Assembly (NCBI RefSeq): GCF_000143415.4 | Contig: NW_003314310.1 | Location: 471,904 to 535,903, forward strand | Source: Selaginella moellendorffii | Lineage: Eukaryota > Plantae > Lycopodiophyta | DNA length: 64,000 nucleotides | Direction: 5' to 3' | Shown here: piece after piece, positions 61,222 through 64,000 of the stretch | How positions within the stretch are numbered: position 1 is the first letter of the stretch | How the letters are laid out: the number at the start of each line of letters is the position of its first letter | Notes under the pieces: generated by a model | Database searches by the model: none | Seen by the model: the letters and a program-made list of their open reading frames with translations, nothing else | What the model was told of the DNA's origin: nothing | Program-made: the position numbers and the translations under genes

Positions 61222-64000
61222 TTACCTGCGATTTTTGCTAGATTTCCCGCTGACCACCGACAGCATATCGGTGTGAGCCAGCGCCGCCTCGGCGTTCTTC
61301 CGAGCTCCATTTCTCCCATGCTTGAAAACTTCCACCAGCGCCCGGACCAGCCCCTGATCCAGCGAGTAGAGCCGCGCGTGTTCTTCCACCCGGAGGATCC
61401 TCTCCACCAGGAACGCTCCCTTCTCCTGCGCTTCCCCGGATCGCTGCGTCTGGAACCACTTCATGAACGCCGCCACTCCCCTCGCTCTCGAGATCTCGCG
61501 GACTCCGGCCTCCACGAGGCTGTCACTGCTAACCAGCGTCGAGAGAGCTTCTACCGCTGCGATCTGGACAGAGGCTTGCTCTTCGTCCTCCTCGAGCAGC
61601 TCCACGAGCAGGCCGATGGCTCCGGCCTCTCGCAGGCAAAAGTTGGCGTCGGGATCACACCGTCTCTTGTGGATCGAACACACCGAGTCGGCGAGAATGG
61701 CCTGATCCAGCGACGAGTTCTTCGAGGAGAAGCACGAGAAGAGGTTGTCCATCCAGTTGTTTTTCCTCCTGGAGCTTGAGCTTGCCATCACCTCTGGGGA
61801 TAGAATCAGGCCTCTCTCGGACAAGTACCCGAGTCCAGTGGCTGCTCGTTGCTTCGCCACCCAAGCCCGGCCTTGATGGAGCTGCAGTACCTGCTTGAAT
61901 TGCGAGAAGAGCTTGCTTTGCTTCATCGCGTCGATCGTTTGAGAGTCCCGGCAGCGAGTAAAGTGAAGAAGCACTCCCAGCAGGGCCTCCAGCATGGATG
62001 AAGTCACGCGAGCTGATCCCATTCTTCGCGTTTTGAGCTCTTCGATAGTGGCCAGACTCCAGCTTATCATCTCCAGGCCGAGGAAGTTGATCGTCTCGTG
62101 CTCTGTGAGAGGAATGTTGGCGATGATGGACGCGGCAAAGATGCTCTCCTCGGCGTTCTTGAGCTTGACTATCTCTTTAAGGCTCTGGAGGTGCCTGGTT
62201 TCAGCGATGGCTTGACTTATCTCTCTGCCGGCTCTTGCTGAAAGAACACTGAGTAAGCTGAGAAGATGTTGCCGATGCGCGTCATCGCTGGTTGGGAGAA
62301 GAGTGAGGATAATGGCGATGCCGTTTCCAGTGACGACGTGCTTGACAGCATTATCTGTCGGCAAAAACATAAACTATGCCAAAGATGGATCGCGGAAGGA
62401 TGGAAAAAAGAAGAACATTACCTGCGGCTTGTGGTGATGAAGCGACTCCAATAAGAATTTTCAGGAGCTTTGCTGTTCCAATCTGGCCCAACCGATGACA
62501 AGAGCCCCAGGAGTCTGTGCACAAAGTACTCCGACTGGACTAAATTCCCTTCGGAGTCGATCTGCACTGTCTCCCAGCTGCCAGCGACGGCGACGACGTT
62601 GGCTAGTGTCGTCGCAGCCTTTTCCTTCGAATTTCCTCGCAAGCGATTCGATGAAGTTGGAACTGAGAGGATGATTTCAACCACTGGGGGCAGTATGCCA
62701 GCTTTCACTAGAACTGGAACGTTCTCTTCCAGGGATGAGAGGTTCAGCAGCGCACCTATGGCCGCCTCTTTTTGCATGGAATTGGCTGATAGCATATGAA
62801 CAAGAACTTTTCCTGCTTTCCTGGCGACAAACTCTTTCTGGCTGTTGACAAATATCTTCTCTGCGAGATACTCGGCCATTTCGATCTTTGTAGCTTCTGG
62901 TCCTGTAGCAAAACAATCAGCCATGAGTAAGAATTATGTAAACTACTATCAGTACCTTTGCAAAGGCGTGTGATCAATGGCTCAAGCCGCCCAGCCTCAG
63001 CCATCTCCCAAACGTTTGAATCTATTTGTTCCAGATTTCTTAACGTCCTGTCCGCAAGGACCGATAGGGAAGCGTTTCCCGAAGAGTTCGAAGAAATGCC
63101 AAGAAGATGAATGAGCGCTCCTTTCTCTTTGCCAATCAGCTTTGCAAACTCTGGCTTCTTTGATATCTCTAGCAAAAGCTTGAGAGCACCCTCCACCTCG
63201 TAAACGTGGCTGCTCGAAAGGCTTCTCACGGCGGCCTTCAATACTCCTGCTTCAACCAAACACTCCTAAAGAAATATCCATCAAACATGGAGAAAGAAAA
63301 GAGGAAAGAAACTTACTTGACTGTCGATGTCGTCAGCAGCAATTCGTTGCAAAATATACAGCGCCTTCGTTCGAACTTGTGAACCACCCGCCAGCCTCTT
63401 CCTCCAAAATTCCAGCGCCGAGGAAGTAAAGTGAGATTTTCCAAGCCTGTACTGAGTCACCGGCCCGTCCCCACAAACCTTAAGAATGCTATCCAAGGCT
63501 TCCTCCACACCCGCCAAACTCTTCATGGAGGAGCTCTTCGAGAGTTGAGACAACGCCTTGTGAATTCGTATCCTAGCGTTCCTCTGGCACCATTCCTCGA
63601 TGGTATGCCTCAGCATGATGTTGCTTCTCATCTCCGTGGATGCCAGCAGCACACCAGTGGCCGGGCAAGTCACGGATCGTCCCTCTTCAGCGCAGGTTTT
63701 GAACCATCTCTCAATCGCGCTGCGCTCGTAAGTCAGCTCCGACTGGATCATAACCGGCTCCTTCATGATCTGCTTCGTCAGCGGACACACGAACGACTCG
63801 AACGGTTGCAGAGGCTCCTCTTCAGCAGACTCCTTGTAGCTATACATGCGTGTGAGCTGCGGCTCGGCAGTAACTTGCTCCACGATCTTGAGAATGTTCC
63901 GCATCTTATCAAGCTCTCGATCCATGCTGACATCGACCATCGTCACCTCCTTCTTCAAAAGCTGGACTTGCTCTTCTAATGCTCGAGAATTTGTCGGCTC
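61222..64000 (-). CDS. U-box/ARM-repeat E3 ubiquitin ligase (PUB43/44 SAUL1-like); 5' end may lie outside the window
   Basis: FVCPLTKQIMKEPV...TYERSAIERWF..CPATG U-box; MAEAGRLEPLITRL; CSIH..C...FCL.EA.AI..LV. Confidence 0.92.

Overview
Eukaryotic plant genomic DNA. The compact genes, mostly ~45-60 nt introns, GC-rich exons and PLS-class PPR genes suggest a lycophyte such as Selaginella (inference). Bases 1-10.6 kb are a nested LTR-retrotransposon cluster. Its core is a full-length Ty3/gypsy chromovirus (212-8138, CTTGA target-site duplication) with two unusual properties: (i) two GT-AG introns interrupt its integrase and restore conserved motifs when removed; (ii) a Cassandra-type, 5S-rRNA-containing TRIM unit sits between its 5' LTR and gag. 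A free-standing Cassandra-type TRIM with the same LTR termini lies at 9026-9618. Bases 10.9-29.4 kb are a ~5 kb inverted duplication of scrambled PPR/DYW fragments flanking a Crinkler/RHS-type P-loop NTPase + restriction-endonuclease-fold gene and an LTR remnant. Bases 30-64 kb are an ordinary gene-dense block: organellar LysRS, MAP65, ABC1 kinase, biotin synthase, DUF593 protein, PPR-E, D-lactate dehydrogenase, actin, tRNA-Leu(CAA), LTPG, RCC1-family, GAPN, a sulfotransferase-like gene and a U-box/ARM ligase, plus a few small oddities. All coordinates and alignments were read by eye; no searches were run.
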